In this document: one piece after another, positions 25,986 to 37,245 of the stretch | Position numbering within the stretch: the stretch's first letter is position 1 | Layout of the letters: each line of letters opens with the position of its first letter | Source: a virus | DNA length: 64,000 nucleotides | IMG/VR virus record: IMGVR_UViG_3300031885_000003 | Span: 18,854 to 82,853 of that record | Direction: 5' to 3' (one strand) | Translations under genes and position numbers: made by a program | The notes under the pieces: generated by a model | Databases searched by the model: none | What the model was told of the DNA's origin: nothing | Seen by the model: the letters and a program-made list of their open reading frames with translations, nothing else

Positions 25986-26942
25986 ATGATTAAATATCGT
26001 TCTACCCCTGTAAAAATCTGGAACGATCTTGCCTTTTGTTCCCTATCTGATGATGCCCAACTTGTCTATTTTTTTGTCCGCACGCATCCCAACATGGCCG
26101 CGTGCGGAGCCATGCGAGCAACATTATCGGGACTCGCACAAGAAAAACACTGGGGTGAAAAGAGATTTACAGCAGCCTTCACGGAGCTTACAAAGGTGGT
26201 TGAGTACCGAGTTGATGAAGTACGCGGTTGTGTGGCCGTGATGGATTTGTTAGAAACGAACAGACCTATAAATGCAAAGTCCATACAGGGTTATATCAAC
26301 TCCTTTGACACGATACCTGATTGTAAGTTGAAACTAGAACTAATGCGACGGCATGCAAAACAATACCCACAGTTAGAAGAAAAGTTAGCTAACTTTTCCC
26401 TAACTTTCTCCGAACTTTTAGAGGGCCAACAAGAACAAGAACAAGAACAAGAACAAGAACCCCCTATTTCCCCCAACGAAAAACTCCAAAAAGTTCTCAC
26501 CGAACACCCAGGCGCAGAAGTCGTTCACGTCAAACTTCGCAGCAAGATTCTCGAAGCACATCCGAATGCCAAACTGCCAGAGCCGACCCGAGAACCCAAA
26601 AAGTATCTCGATGGTTTGATGACGATTGTGAACCTCATTAAGCGGGACCGCTTCACGTCAACAGACCTTGAGGCTCTTTGGTGGGTTTTTGAGTCAGACG
26701 ACGACGAGGCGATCTTCTGGCGACAACAACTATGCGGAGTGCCGGGCCTCAGAAGGGTGTGCAAGAACGGCATGACCAAATTCGCGTCGATTCACGAGCG
26801 ATGGGGTGACGCAGTGGCGGGAAAAGGGATAGACCCTAGCGGCAAACACCAATTTACGTCCCGAGAACTTGCTGGATTCGAGGCCGAGGAACGGTTACAG
26901 GCGGAACGGAAACAGCGGGAGGGTACAAAATGCCAGTCATAG
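25986..26942 (+). CDS. Replication initiator-like protein
   Basis: KYR...KIWND..F..LSDDAQL N-terminus, QEQEQEQE linker; directly upstream of DnaB. Confidence 0.75.
   Translation: MIKYRSTPVKIWNDLAFCSLSDDAQLVYFFVRTHPNMAACGAMRATLSGLAQEKHWGEKRFTAAFTELTKVVEYRVDEVRGCVAVMDLLETNRPINAKSIQGYINSFDTIPDCKLKLELMRRHAKQYPQLEEKLANFSLTFSELLEGQQEQEQEQEQEPPISPNEKLQKVLTEHPGAEVVHVKLRSKILEAHPNAKLPEPTREPKKYLDGLMTIVNLIKRDRFTSTDLEALWWVFESDDDEAIFWRQQLCGVPGLRRVCKNGMTKFASIHERWGDAVAGKGIDPSGKHQFTSRELAGFEAEERLQAERKQREGTKCQS
26371..26460. other. Probable replication origin inside the initiator gene
   Basis: Perfect 20-bp palindrome GAAAAGTTAGCTAACTTTTC (26379-26398), further CTAACTTT repeats, (CAAGAA)n tract. Confidence 0.6.
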
Positions 26943-28366
26943 CAGACGGCATACCCCCCCACAATCTCGAAGCTGAACAGGCCGTCATTGGGGCGATCCT
27001 ACTGGACAACGACGCGGTATCGGACGTGGTAAACATCATCGGTCGGTCGAATGAAATGTTCTATTCCGCCACACACCAAGCCATTTATTCGGCCATGCTT
27101 GCCATCATCGACAAAGGGCGGCCGGTAGACGGCATCACCCTTGCCGAACAACTGCGGGAAGACGGCAAGTACGAGCTGGGCGGCGGCGTCACGTACATCG
27201 GTGAGATTGTCGATGCCGTACCCACTGCGGCCAATGTGGCCTACTATGCGGAAATCGTCCGCCACTGCCATATCCGGCGAGAAGTCCATCGAGTCTGCAC
27301 TCGCCTTGCAGCCGAATCCCTTGAGGCTGATTCCTCATGCGACTCAGATTGGCTCGACAAAGCCCACAGCGGGCTCCTGGCGCTTTTTGAACATCGGGAT
27401 CGGCATTATCCCCTACCCGCGATTGAAATCGTCTCAGGCGCCCTTGCAGAGATTCAGGCGGTGGTTGACGGGAAACCGCGAAACGAAGGATGGACTACAG
27501 GGTATACCAGTTTGGATGCAGTACACGGCGGGTTTGTGCCGAATCTCTACATCTATGCCAGCCGACCGTCGGTAGGCAAGACGACCTTGGCCGCAAACAT
27601 CGCCTGCCACGTTGCGGCAGGGGGCCACCCGACCCTTTTCTTCGCCCTCGAGATGTCGGACGCCCAAATGATGCGGAAGATCCTGATGTTCCGGGCCGGG
27701 GTGAATTGGGGGCAAGTTCGCGCGGGATTTAACGCACGAAGCCAACTGGACAAAGTGCGGTTTATCGCCCCGGGCATCGGCCGCTGGCCTCTGTGGATTG
27801 ATGACACACCAAACCTGACGCCGAACGCCCTCCGGGCGAAAGTGCGAAAACATATCCATCAGCACGGCCCAACACTCGTCATCATCGACTATCTGCAACT
27901 CATGGATATCCCGCAGGCACGAGGCCAGAACCGATATGAAGCTCTAGGCGGTGTTTCGCGCACACTGAAAAACCTGAGCGGCGAACTCGAATGCCCCTTC
28001 ATCGGCATATCACAACTCGGCAGGGACGCGGATGGCGTTGATCCCAAAATATCTCACCTGCGGGAATCGGGCAATTTCGAGCAGGACGCGGATGTGATCA
28101 TCCTTCTGTCCCGCTACCTCAAACCCGAGATAACTGAACTCCACAAAGCAGGTAGATATCTTAACGTCGATTTCGACCGGATCGTGAAGGTTCACATTGC
28201 GAAAAACCGTGAAGGTGAGACGGGAGTAGTGCAGATGATTTTCGATAAGTCGGTACAACAGTTCCGAGAACCCGGACAGCCTGAAATAGAATGCGACGCA
28301 GAAACGGGCGCCTCGATTGCGCCCGATCCACAAGCGAATCCAGAAACAGATGAGATACCATTCTGA
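26930..28366 (+). CDS. dnaB: Replicative DNA helicase
   Basis: PPHNLEAEQAVIGAIL, SRPSVGKTT, IIDYLQL, SQL, LRESGNFEQDAD, KNREG. Confidence 0.95.
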   Translation: MPVIADGIPPHNLEAEQAVIGAILLDNDAVSDVVNIIGRSNEMFYSATHQAIYSAMLAIIDKGRPVDGITLAEQLREDGKYELGGGVTYIGEIVDAVPTAANVAYYAEIVRHCHIRREVHRVCTRLAAESLEADSSCDSDWLDKAHSGLLALFEHRDRHYPLPAIEIVSGALAEIQAVVDGKPRNEGWTTGYTSLDAVHGGFVPNLYIYASRPSVGKTTLAANIACHVAAGGHPTLFFALEMSDAQMMRKILMFRAGVNWGQVRAGFNARSQLDKVRFIAPGIGRWPLWIDDTPNLTPNALRAKVRKHIHQHGPTLVIIDYLQLMDIPQARGQNRYEALGGVSRTLKNLSGELECPFIGISQLGRDADGVDPKISHLRESGNFEQDADVIILLSRYLKPEITELHKAGRYLNVDFDRIVKVHIAKNREGETGVVQMIFDKSVQQFREPGQPEIECDAETGASIAPDPQANPETDEIPF

Positions 28367-28393
28367 ACCGGCGCAAGAGGAGGAGTTGTTCTG

Positions 28394-28849
28394 ATGACGA
28401 GAGGCTATTCGGCGATCGGCCTGTACCAGCCCAAGACGCCCGCAAACATCGGCGGCGTTCTGCGGGCAGCGGACTGTTACGGCGCGGCGCTGGTGGCCGT
28501 GCAGGGGCAGCGGTATAAGCGGATCGGAACGGACACGCTGGCGAGTTACCGCCACATCCCCTTGTTGAACGTGCCGGACCTGCACGAGTGTGTGCCCTAT
28601 GACTGCATCCCCATTGCGATTGAGAGAGCCGATGGTGCAAAACCGATTCAAGATTTCACCCATCCCGAGCGGGCATTCTACGTGTTCGGCCCGGAAGACG
28701 GGAGCGTGCCGAAGGCTGTACAGGAATGGTGCAAGTGCGTGGTCTATATCCCAACGTGGCATTGTATGAACCTAGCGGCAACGGTGAACGTGGTGCTGTT
28801 TGACCGCGCCATGAAGCGCGGGGAATGGTCAAAAGGGGGTGACGCCTGA
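28394..28849 (+). CDS. SpoU/TrmH-family (SPOUT) RNA methyltransferase
   Basis: PANIGGVLRAA, YVFGPEDG, YIP...MNLAA..VVLFD motifs. Confidence 0.88.
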   Translation: MTRGYSAIGLYQPKTPANIGGVLRAADCYGAALVAVQGQRYKRIGTDTLASYRHIPLLNVPDLHECVPYDCIPIAIERADGAKPIQDFTHPERAFYVFGPEDGSVPKAVQEWCKCVVYIPTWHCMNLAATVNVVLFDRAMKRGEWSKGGDA

Positions 28850-29235
28850 TGTCCGCGATCCCCGAACTCAACGCGGTGCAGATCGCGGGTACGCTCGCCA
28901 GGGCGCCCAAAGCGAAGAAATCGAAGCAGGGGTTTGACGTTGCCGAACTAACGTTGGTCAACAAACGCACCAGGACGCGCGGCGACACCGAGACGGTCAC
29001 GCTCACCTACGTCATCGTGGAGTTCTGGGACAGGCCAGCGACGAAGTTGATCAAGCTGGACCTGAAGGCGGGGACGGGGATCATGATCGAGGGACTGTTG
29101 TGGTTGAGGGTTTGGACCAACAAAGTAACTGGAAAAGGCGAAAATCGCCTGATCGTCATGGGAAACACGTTTAGAGTGCTCGACACGCCAGACGCGGTGT
29201 ACGAGCCAGAGGAGCCTGACCAATGCCAACCGTAA
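28849..29235 (+). CDS. ssb: Single-stranded DNA-binding protein (divergent)
   Basis: LNAVQIAGTLARAP...W...G..IEG.L OB-fold pattern. Confidence 0.7.
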   Translation: MSAIPELNAVQIAGTLARAPKAKKSKQGFDVAELTLVNKRTRTRGDTETVTLTYVIVEFWDRPATKLIKLDLKAGTGIMIEGLLWLRVWTNKVTGKGENRLIVMGNTFRVLDTPDAVYEPEEPDQCQP

Positions 29236-29720
29236 TCGTATCGCTACCCCCAGGCGCACCGATAACCTTCTTCGTGCCGGGAAGGCCAGCAACAGCCGGG
29301 AGCAAACATGGATTCGCCCTCAAGAAGGGCGGCCAGTACACCGGCAAAGTCGTTATGGTAAACGACAACAAGCGGTACACGGACTGGCGGGCACTTGTGA
29401 AACACATCGCTTCACAGGCATATCAAGGTCCGCTACTCGATGGGCCGCTGTTTCTCAAGGCCCAATTTACGTTGCAGCGCCCAAAGTCTCATTACTACCA
29501 GACCAAAGCGCGGCTCGGTCAACTCAAAGACGACGCGCCACATTGGGTCACATCGAAGCCGGACTGCTCGAAGATCATCAGGGCGCTGGAAGACTCTCTG
29601 ACTGGCGTGATCTGGACAGATGACTCCCGCGTAGTCCGTCTGGTAACGGAGAAGGTCTACGGAGAGAAGCCGAGAACGGACGTGCAGATTTACGAACTGC
29701 GCAGGCGGGGACTGGCATGA
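29223..29720 (+). CDS. rusA: RusA Holliday junction resolvase
   Basis: KPDCSKIIRALEDSLTGVIWTDDSRV. Confidence 0.88.
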   Translation: MPTVIVSLPPGAPITFFVPGRPATAGSKHGFALKKGGQYTGKVVMVNDNKRYTDWRALVKHIASQAYQGPLLDGPLFLKAQFTLQRPKSHYYQTKARLGQLKDDAPHWVTSKPDCSKIIRALEDSLTGVIWTDDSRVVRLVTEKVYGEKPRTDVQIYELRRRGLA

Positions 29721-29983
29721 GCGACAGCGGTGCGCGCGCGAGGGCATGGGCAACGAGGCGGCGGCTATACGGCGCGGCTGGCCATCGTGGATCGTATTCG
29801 GGTCATGGCGCACTCCGTTGTCGTGATTGTGAACGCATGATCGGTGTAATTGTGCGGCTGTACGCGGAAGGCGTATTGAGCGAAGGACAGGCGGCGAAAG
29901 CAACCGGGCGTGATCGCGTCTGGCTGCGAATAGCGAGGGACGAAATAATAAATGACCACGGCGTGTGCCGCGAGGAGGGATAA
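29717..29983 (+). CDS. Hypothetical HTH-like protein (paralogue of 35219-35491)
   Basis: RAWATRRRLYG...LYAEG.LSEGQAAKATG. Confidence 0.65.
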   Translation: MSDSGARARAWATRRRLYGAAGHRGSYSGHGALRCRDCERMIGVIVRLYAEGVLSEGQAAKATGRDRVWLRIARDEIINDHGVCREEG

Positions 29984-32900
29984 TGGGAAAGAAAGTCGAG
30001 ATTGACTCGGAAGTGTTGGCCGAGATTCTGCGCACACATTCGCCAGCCTGTTGTCTAGTGGCCGCTGGTATTATCGCCGCTGCCGGCTGCGACGAGAAGG
30101 GTAGGCCGGTGCCCCTGACAGTAGGCGAAATTCAAGTAGTGATTGACCATACAAAATCGACAACTTGGCCGATACGCAAGGTGTGTGACGGGGAATCGCT
30201 GGGTGATCGTGAATGGGTGCTGGCCACCCCCGCCGAACTCGCCCGTCTGCGCAAAGAACTTGGCGTGTCGAAGCCGGAAAAGACCTGTATGACCTGCGGC
30301 GATGCTGATGATTGTCACGTCAGCAAAACTGTAACGTGTAGGCGTTGTGGCTATCTACACTGACTGATCCAAGCGTGATATTTCTATGCGCCGTTATTGT
30401 TGTGCTAGTGATATGCTGGGTTGTTACATTCAGGAGGTTGCCATGAGCATGACTGACGCCGAACTCCAAGAACGCGTTGAAGCGCTGGCCGAGAAGATAC
30501 GCCATGACATAGTTGTTGTTGCTGCAAATACAATGGCAAGCACACTACTATGCGAACACGATCTTGTTCTCTATCACGCCGCCATGTTCGCCGCCCGCGC
30601 GCAGGGGGCGAAGGCAGAGCGGGAACGGTGTGCAGAAGATATAGTCATCGCCCGTTGTAGCATTTGCCCCCACCAAGACGATCCCGAGCGCGAGACATGT
30701 GACAGATGCGAAACATATGCAGCCTTAAAAGCCATCCGCAACCCGGCCGCCGAAACAGGGAAGGAGCACTAATGGGCTTTACGCTTCATCTTGGAAAACA
30801 CTACGCTGCATGTGGCTATCATATTGCTGATTGGCATCCGTTTGTTACCACAGATCCACAAGAAGTCACCTGTGATGAGTGTCGTGAATTGATGTCAGAC
30901 GCAACCCTTATACTTCGAGGAGTAGCGGCACTATTAGCACAAGAGGTAGCGCCCGAAATGGGGAAGGAGCAAGCCGATGCCAACCCCCGGAATAAACCGA
31001 TGACCCCTGAGCGCCTGAAGGAAATCAAGGCAGCCGTAGGCGAAACAAAAACCTATCACCGGCCAGATTGTGAGTGTACGTTTTGCACGCATGTTTTGCC
31101 GCTGTGCGATGAAGTCGAGCGGCTACAGGCGCGAGTGGTAGAGTTGGAAGCAGAATTGCACCCAACGTTCAGGGTCCTCAAGGACATTGGCCTGAGCGTT
31201 GTAGACCCTCATATTATGTCATTCCCACTCTTACAGGCACCAAATGAAGAAGAGATTTTCGATGACACAGATGACTCTGCTTTTGAAGGTTAAGGAGACC
31301 CCCGATGCCAACGTATGACGTGACGCCGATGACGCCGGCGGAAGTAGAGGATGTACGTCGCTGCGTCGGTGAAGCAACTCATGGTGGTGCCCGATTATTA
31401 AAACGTTTTCTCGCCAGTCTCGACGCCGCGAACACGGTGCTGCGGGAGTTGGGGCAGCAAGCGCAGTCTTCGCTAGACATCTACGACAAGGAAATTATGG
31501 TTACGGTGTTAAAGGCCGTCATCGCGGCGGCGGAAAAGGTGAAGGCGTGATGTGCCAATGCCAAGCCCGGCAACGCCTAAAGAGCCTATCCAAACATGCC
31601 CGGAAAGTTTACCGGGTCCGCAAAAGACGATTCATCGGTTGGCGAACAACCGCGCAACTATACGCAGATGCGCTAGGTGAACTAGTAGAGGCCGTCCATG
31701 CGGCGGCGAGAGGAGAAACATGATGGGGCCGAACGTCCTAACGTTTCTGAACCAGTTCAAGAAATACAGCCAGAGGCAACTAGATAACATGCCCTACGAG
31801 GTTTTGCGCAGCTTAGTAATTGGTTGCATCAAAGCAGTCGCAGCCGATGCCGCCAGGGCGGACGGCGAGAAAGGAGATGGAAGTGATAACACCTGAGCAG
31901 GAATTGAAAGATACCATTGCGAGTTTGAGTGCTGACAACGACTGCCTCAAGGAAGACACCACGGCACTGGGACTAGAAGCGGACCAGCTGAAGGAGGCGC
32001 TGGCGACGGCGAAGGAAGAACAGGAAGGGGCACAAGAAGAATCAGACGGCAACACAGATCGCCGTCCAACAATTGAGGAGCTTGAAGCGATCCTTGGTAG
32101 AGATGACGAGACGGCTGTTGACATTTTGCCGAACGGCGAAGTTGTCGTAGAACGGCGACCGCGATCTGACGATAACCCGAAACCACTTACTTTCCGCGAT
32201 AATCTTGGGGGTGAATATACACCGGATGTAACGATGAGAGGAGAGACATGATGCTTGGATTTGCGATCTCATTGTCGATAATAGATGTAATCCTGACCTT
32301 GATAATTATTTCTAATGAACTGTACCGCATAGCCAACGCGCTTGAGTGGAGAAAGGACAAGTGATGGGACCGAATGTGTTGACGTTCCTAAACCAGTTTC
32401 AGAAATATAGTCAGTACCAACTGGACCACATGCCATATGAGATTCTACGCAGTCTAGTAACTGATTACCTGAAGACAGTCGCAGCCGATGCCGCTAGGTT
32501 AGGCAGCAAGAAAGGAGAGAGAACGTGAGTAAATTTAGGATTGAATACCGCACCGTCAATTGTCACAAGGGGCCGCAGGACACGGGCGGCCTGGTGACGC
32601 ATGAGCAATATGAAGTCTGTACGGAAGACGATTGTATTGCGATTTTCTTCAACGCAAAACTTGCGCAAGAGTATGTTGCCCTTCGCGCCGACAACGACCG
32701 CCTCCTCGCGCCCGCCGAGGTGTTCCCGCTATGGACATACATCAAAGAGGAAGTCGAGGTTAGGAAATGGAGTATCAACATGTTGTGCCGTGCATCGGGG
32801 TTGACCATTTTTATAATTGAGGCAATATCTCGGCGGGAACCCATCACCCCCGAGATCGCCGCCGCCCTTGGCCGCGCGTTCGGCACTTGCGCGGAAAGGT

Positions 32901-33392
32901 GGCTGAATTTTGACCGCCGGTGGCAGAAACGGAAACAGGCGCTCGCGCAGGCGGAAGGAGAGGCACCGTGAAGATCAAGCGGTACTGCACATGTGGCGGA
33001 TACCAGACCGGAACAATCGTGCGGATGCCCCGGTTACAGGCCCAAGCGGATGCAATCTGGGCGGAACATACCGGACCCGGCCATGCCCCGTGTGACGCCA
33101 AGACCGCGACAAATGCGAGGCGTAACCAGGAGCGCCGCGCCGAGAGGGCGGAAGGAGAGGCGACGTGAATCAGGAACGTATAGATAATCTGTTAAGCGGT
33201 ATCCGAAACGTCGCGTTAGCTCTTAGGAAGACAATCGAGAATCCCGAACCAGGCGACTCCGTTAGAAAGTTGAGCGAGGAAGAATGGATCGAACTTTATA
33301 GACTCGTTGGGCTTCTTCAAAAAAACGTGCAACAGATTCAGCAGGAACAGGGGTTGCCATTATTGATGGTCGAAACGGAGAAAGGGACGTGA
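29983..33392 (+). other. Run of small, translationally coupled accessory genes (includes paralogues 31720-31896 and 32364-32528, and a HigA-like HTH at 32525-32971)
   Basis: ATGA/GTGA overlaps and AAGGAG RBSs; ITPEIAAALGRAFGTCAERWLN resembles the HigA/VapI HTH. Confidence 0.65.
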
Positions 33393-33721
33393 TGAGCATG
33401 AATGAACTTGCACACCAGATTCATGAATACGCCAAGGATAAAGGCTGGTACGACACGCACCCGAGCGTCGGTGAAATGTTGGCAAATGTCCACGCCGAAG
33501 TTAGCGAGGCGCTGGAAGAGTGGCGCAACGACCACATGGGCAAGTATTTTGGAGAAGGCCACGATTGTAAGCCGTGCGGTTTTCCCTCAGAGATGGCCGA
33601 CATCATTATCCGCGTGCTGGACATCTGCGCGTCGTTCGACATCGACATCGACGCGGAAGTGTCGGCTAAGATGCAATACAACCAGACGCGCCCTTACCGC
33701 CACGGGGGCAAACTAGCATGA
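33389..33721 (+). CDS. MazG-like nucleotide pyrophosphohydrolase
   Basis: HAEVSEALEE...SEMADIIIRVLD...KMQYN..RPYRHGGK. Confidence 0.85.
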   Translation: MMSMNELAHQIHEYAKDKGWYDTHPSVGEMLANVHAEVSEALEEWRNDHMGKYFGEGHDCKPCGFPSEMADIIIRVLDICASFDIDIDAEVSAKMQYNQTRPYRHGGKLA

Positions 33722-34182
33722 AACCCATCGGCGTAGTCCAATCCGCCCCGGCTGTGCGCGGCCTACTCGACGGCGGGACCGTGCTGTGGGTGCCAGCTAC
33801 AAAAGATCCATCATGTACGCGGATCTTTTGGGTTGAGAATGAAACGACATTCCCCAATGGCAAATACACGGGGTGGGTCAAGGATTGCGGTGCGCCTTTC
33901 TTGATTCCCATTAAACCGCCCGTTCAGTCCGGCGATGTGGTATGGATCAAAGAGACGTGGTGCGAAATACCGTGGGAAGACGGTATGGGCAAACGATCTA
34001 CACGGGTTCTGTATCGGGCGATAGAACCGGAACTATTTGACCGCACTGTCGGCGATAAATGGCGTTCCCCCGTCACCATGCCCCACTGGGCCTCGCGTTT
34101 CGAGCGCATCGTCACGGCTATCGGCATGGAGCGGCGGGACGGCATGTGGCAGTGGCGGATCGAGACGGAGATAACACCATGA
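33718..34182 (+). CDS. PUA/ASCH-like phage protein
   Basis: GDVVWIKETW...WRSPVTMPHWASR. Confidence 0.6.
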   Translation: MKPIGVVQSAPAVRGLLDGGTVLWVPATKDPSCTRIFWVENETTFPNGKYTGWVKDCGAPFLIPIKPPVQSGDVVWIKETWCEIPWEDGMGKRSTRVLYRAIEPELFDRTVGDKWRSPVTMPHWASRFERIVTAIGMERRDGMWQWRIETEITP

Positions 34183-34523
34183 TGCCACCAAGGCATGTAT
34201 GCAAAATGAAGCCGCTCAATGCCTATATCCGTGGATATCGGAATGGCGTTCAGTGGGCGGAAAAAGAGATTGCGGATTACAAATCAGCACTAGATAAGAT
34301 GTTTACAATCGCCCTTGACGCTATCGGAAACAAGAGCGAAACGATTGCCGTTCGGGATGTGCTAGTTAAGGATAATTGGGAATTGCGCAAGCGGGTGGCG
34401 GAATTGGAATCAGCCTGTGAATCGAGCACCCTTAACCCCGTTGATAGCAAGACTATAGTAGCAATTGACCCCCTAAAAACGAGCACCCCATTGGGGATCG
34501 CTGAAAAAAGCGGGCAGGCATGA
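34179..34523 (+). CDS. Coiled-coil hypothetical protein whose tail is encoded by the 77-bp repeat
   Basis: ATGA-coupled; LRKRVAELE then ACESSTLNPVDSKTIVAIDPLKTSTP. Confidence 0.6.
   Translation: MMPPRHVCKMKPLNAYIRGYRNGVQWAEKEIADYKSALDKMFTIALDAIGNKSETIAVRDVLVKDNWELRKRVAELESACESSTLNPVDSKTIVAIDPLKTSTPLGIAEKSGQA
34414..34490. repeat. 77-bp perfect inverted repeat, copy 2
   Basis: Reverse complement of 18168-18244. Confidence 0.95.
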
Positions 34524-35218
34524 TTGATGGGCGCACTATTGTCTATACATACCGCGGCCAGGTTCAGCGCCGCGATAAGGGCGGGAAACTTTATTGGTGT
34601 TGTGGCTATAACGACTATTCCTATGGTCTCATGATGACGAAAAAGGAATGCCGCACCGAAGCCGCCGCCGAAGGTGTTAGAGCCGTATTCGTGGGCCGTG
34701 GTAAAGCGAAAGGTAGGCAGGCATGAAAGCAGAATACTGGGCGGTTTTCAAATGGGGGCGGCTGATGGACTGTGGCAGTGGAGGATAGAGACGTGAGCAC
34801 AACGCGCGGACCAATAGACTTGGTTTGTGATGAATGCCAGAATTGGAAGGGTGGCAACCCCGGCGAGACGGCACGATTTATTCGGAAACTCTATAGAGCC
34901 GATGGATGGGAACGCTATAGGATTGATGGGGAACTGAAAGATTTATGTCCCGCGTGTCTCGGGAAGGACGAAGGATATTGGTGGTAGAGAAAGGTGGGCA
35001 GGTATGAGCGCAACACAACGGCGGGCGAAACGCGAGGCGCGGGAAGCATATGAGCGGGCGCACCAAGAGCGGGTCGAGTGTGAGAGCGCGATCTTGGCGT
35101 CCTACCGCGGTAGCCTGGTTCCACGCCACCCACAACGGGTCATAAAAGCATTCTACCGCGCGCTGCTTGCCGCCGAACGTGACGCCAAGGCCGCACTGGA
35201 TGCGGCGAAGGAGGGAAT

Positions 35219-35491
35219 ATGAGCACGTCAACCCCTGCTCGCATACGGGCATGGGCTACGCGGCGGCGTCTTTATGGTGCAAGCGGCCACCGCGGCTCAT
35301 ATGTCAGACACAAAGCAATACTCTGTGTTCGTTGTGAACGCATGACGCGGCTCATCGTGAAATTATATGCGGAGGGAACATTAAGCGAAGGGCAAGCGGC
35401 GAAAGCCACTGGACGTGGCCGCGTCTGGTTGCGAATAGCCGCCGAAACTGAGGCTGAGGCCGCACTGGATACGGTGAAGGAGAAACTATGA
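35219..35491 (+). CDS. Paralogue of 29717-29983
   Basis: Near-identical motifs. Confidence 0.65.
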   Translation: MSTSTPARIRAWATRRRLYGASGHRGSYVRHKAILCVRCERMTRLIVKLYAEGTLSEGQAAKATGRGRVWLRIAAETEAEAALDTVKEKL

Positions 35492-36129
35492 GCACAAGGG
35501 ATAAACAGCAATTGATCCGTGCGGCGAATAAACTCAAATGGGTACGGGCGCTGATTGATCGCGTGAGCACGTTCGGCATATTTGAAGAAGCCACTGAAGG
35601 ATTTGTCTGTACTGAAATCGGGTTAGGCGTAGTGCACGCTATGGGTAGTGAAAAACGGTGGAGTATCACGCACCTAAATAGCGGCTGCAAAGTGGGACGA
35701 TTTCTAAATACGAAACGGGATGCGTTTGTTGCGGCATTGCAGTTGTCGCGATTACTTGATTTTAAACAAGGCGAGATCGATGTGCTCGCAGAAGCAAAAC
35801 GGCGCAGTATCATGACTGCACAGATAATGGCAATTACGGAAGATCCATATCGAAAAAAGGAGAAACCATGCTAATACAAAATCATGTAACCGATATGCGT
35901 AAAGACGCAACGGCGAAGGAGAAAGTATGAAAGACTGGCCCGGTAAATGCCCCTACTGTGGTGGAACCACAGGGTTATACATGAAAACCAAGGCCGATGT
36001 GACTCAGTGGGTGCTATGGAATGGCGAAATTGAGGACACGGAAATAGGAATTGTGACACTCCGCAAACGCGCGGAATGTATAGACTGCGGGCGCATCGTT
36101 ACGATACCAGGCACGGCAAAGGAGTAGGC

Positions 36130-36822
36130 ATGACCGACAAGCCAATGAAACCGCTACTGATGTGCGGCCCCATGGTGCGGGCGTACATGGCGGGGCTCAA
36201 GTGGTGTACCCGCCGCGTAGTCGTGCCACAGCCGGAACAAGATGGAGATAGATTTTGGTGGCACGGCGATTGGGATACCCGTGGCGGGCCACACGCTGGC
36301 GTCTGTACACACGGCAAACCCGGTAACGGTGAACCAACGTGGACCCTAAAGGAAATTGCCGAACACGCCCGCTATCAGCCCGGCGATCTGTGCTACATCC
36401 GGGAACGTCAGCGGGTGATCGAGGTTAGGAGGCATCACCTTATCCGCGTCCGCTACGAAGCCGATGGGGCCGAAAGTGATTGGATTGAATACCCGGAGCG
36501 TTGCAAATGGAAACCTATCGTCGGCAAATGCCTACCTTATGGTGGTATCCGCGAAACTGCGCGGTTGTTTCCGCCGATCACGGACACGCGGGCCGAGCGA
36601 CTGTGGGATATTACGGAAGAAGATGCGATAGCCGAGGGCGTAGCAGAAGGGGAATGGTACGATTATGTGGAACATCAACAAATAGGTGGTGTAGCACTTC
36701 CATACGGGATTTTCGAGACGACATTTATGTGCCTATGGGATAGTCTCAACGCCGCACGCGGCTACCCCTTTTACAGCAACCCGTGCGTGTTCCGGTATGG
36801 GCTGGGGAAGGAAGAGGCATGA
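36130..36822 (+). CDS. PUA/ASCH-like phage protein
   Basis: MKPLLMCGPMVRA...K..TRR, GDLCYIRE, ERLWDITEEDAIAEG, LWDSLN, NP.V. Confidence 0.75.
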   Translation: MTDKPMKPLLMCGPMVRAYMAGLKWCTRRVVVPQPEQDGDRFWWHGDWDTRGGPHAGVCTHGKPGNGEPTWTLKEIAEHARYQPGDLCYIRERQRVIEVRRHHLIRVRYEADGAESDWIEYPERCKWKPIVGKCLPYGGIRETARLFPPITDTRAERLWDITEEDAIAEGVAEGEWYDYVEHQQIGGVALPYGIFETTFMCLWDSLNAARGYPFYSNPCVFRYGLGKEEA

Positions 36823-37245
36823 GCGATGTATGGCTTAGATATTTTTGTTGGCGCTGTAGGCTCTGGAATGCACTTGAAAAGTGCCGTTCATGTAAGGGTA
36901 CATGTTCACAACCAGGATCGAGAGCTAGTGCTGAAATTGCGATTGAAGCGCGAAAGCGTGGGGAACTATGGAAGGAGCAGGCATGAGCGGGAAAACGACA
37001 ACAATTAAGCCAGTCGTAAACCTTACGGCGACAGAGGAACTTCGCCTGATGTGCGGGCTAGATATTCCGCGGTGGGGCGGGTTCAACATCAAGGGTAAGT
37101 TGGTTTATGTTGGGCGAACTCGGAGCCAGGTTATTGCACAATTTGAGAAACACTACTGGGCTGGCTACTGGCGAGACTGCTATCGGCGCGGGTGCCGAAT
37201 CATACGCATCGGATTGATAGAACACGAGCATAAAGGGGATAGTAA

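Noticed and set aside
26428-26460. (CAAGAA)n as a phase-variable microsatellite
   Set aside because: In-frame hexamer encoding the QE linker typical of phage initiators; slippage would not shift the frame.
32525-32971. HigBA toxin-antitoxin system
   Set aside because: Only a HigA-like HTH fused to another domain; no adjacent RelE/HigB toxin is recognisable.
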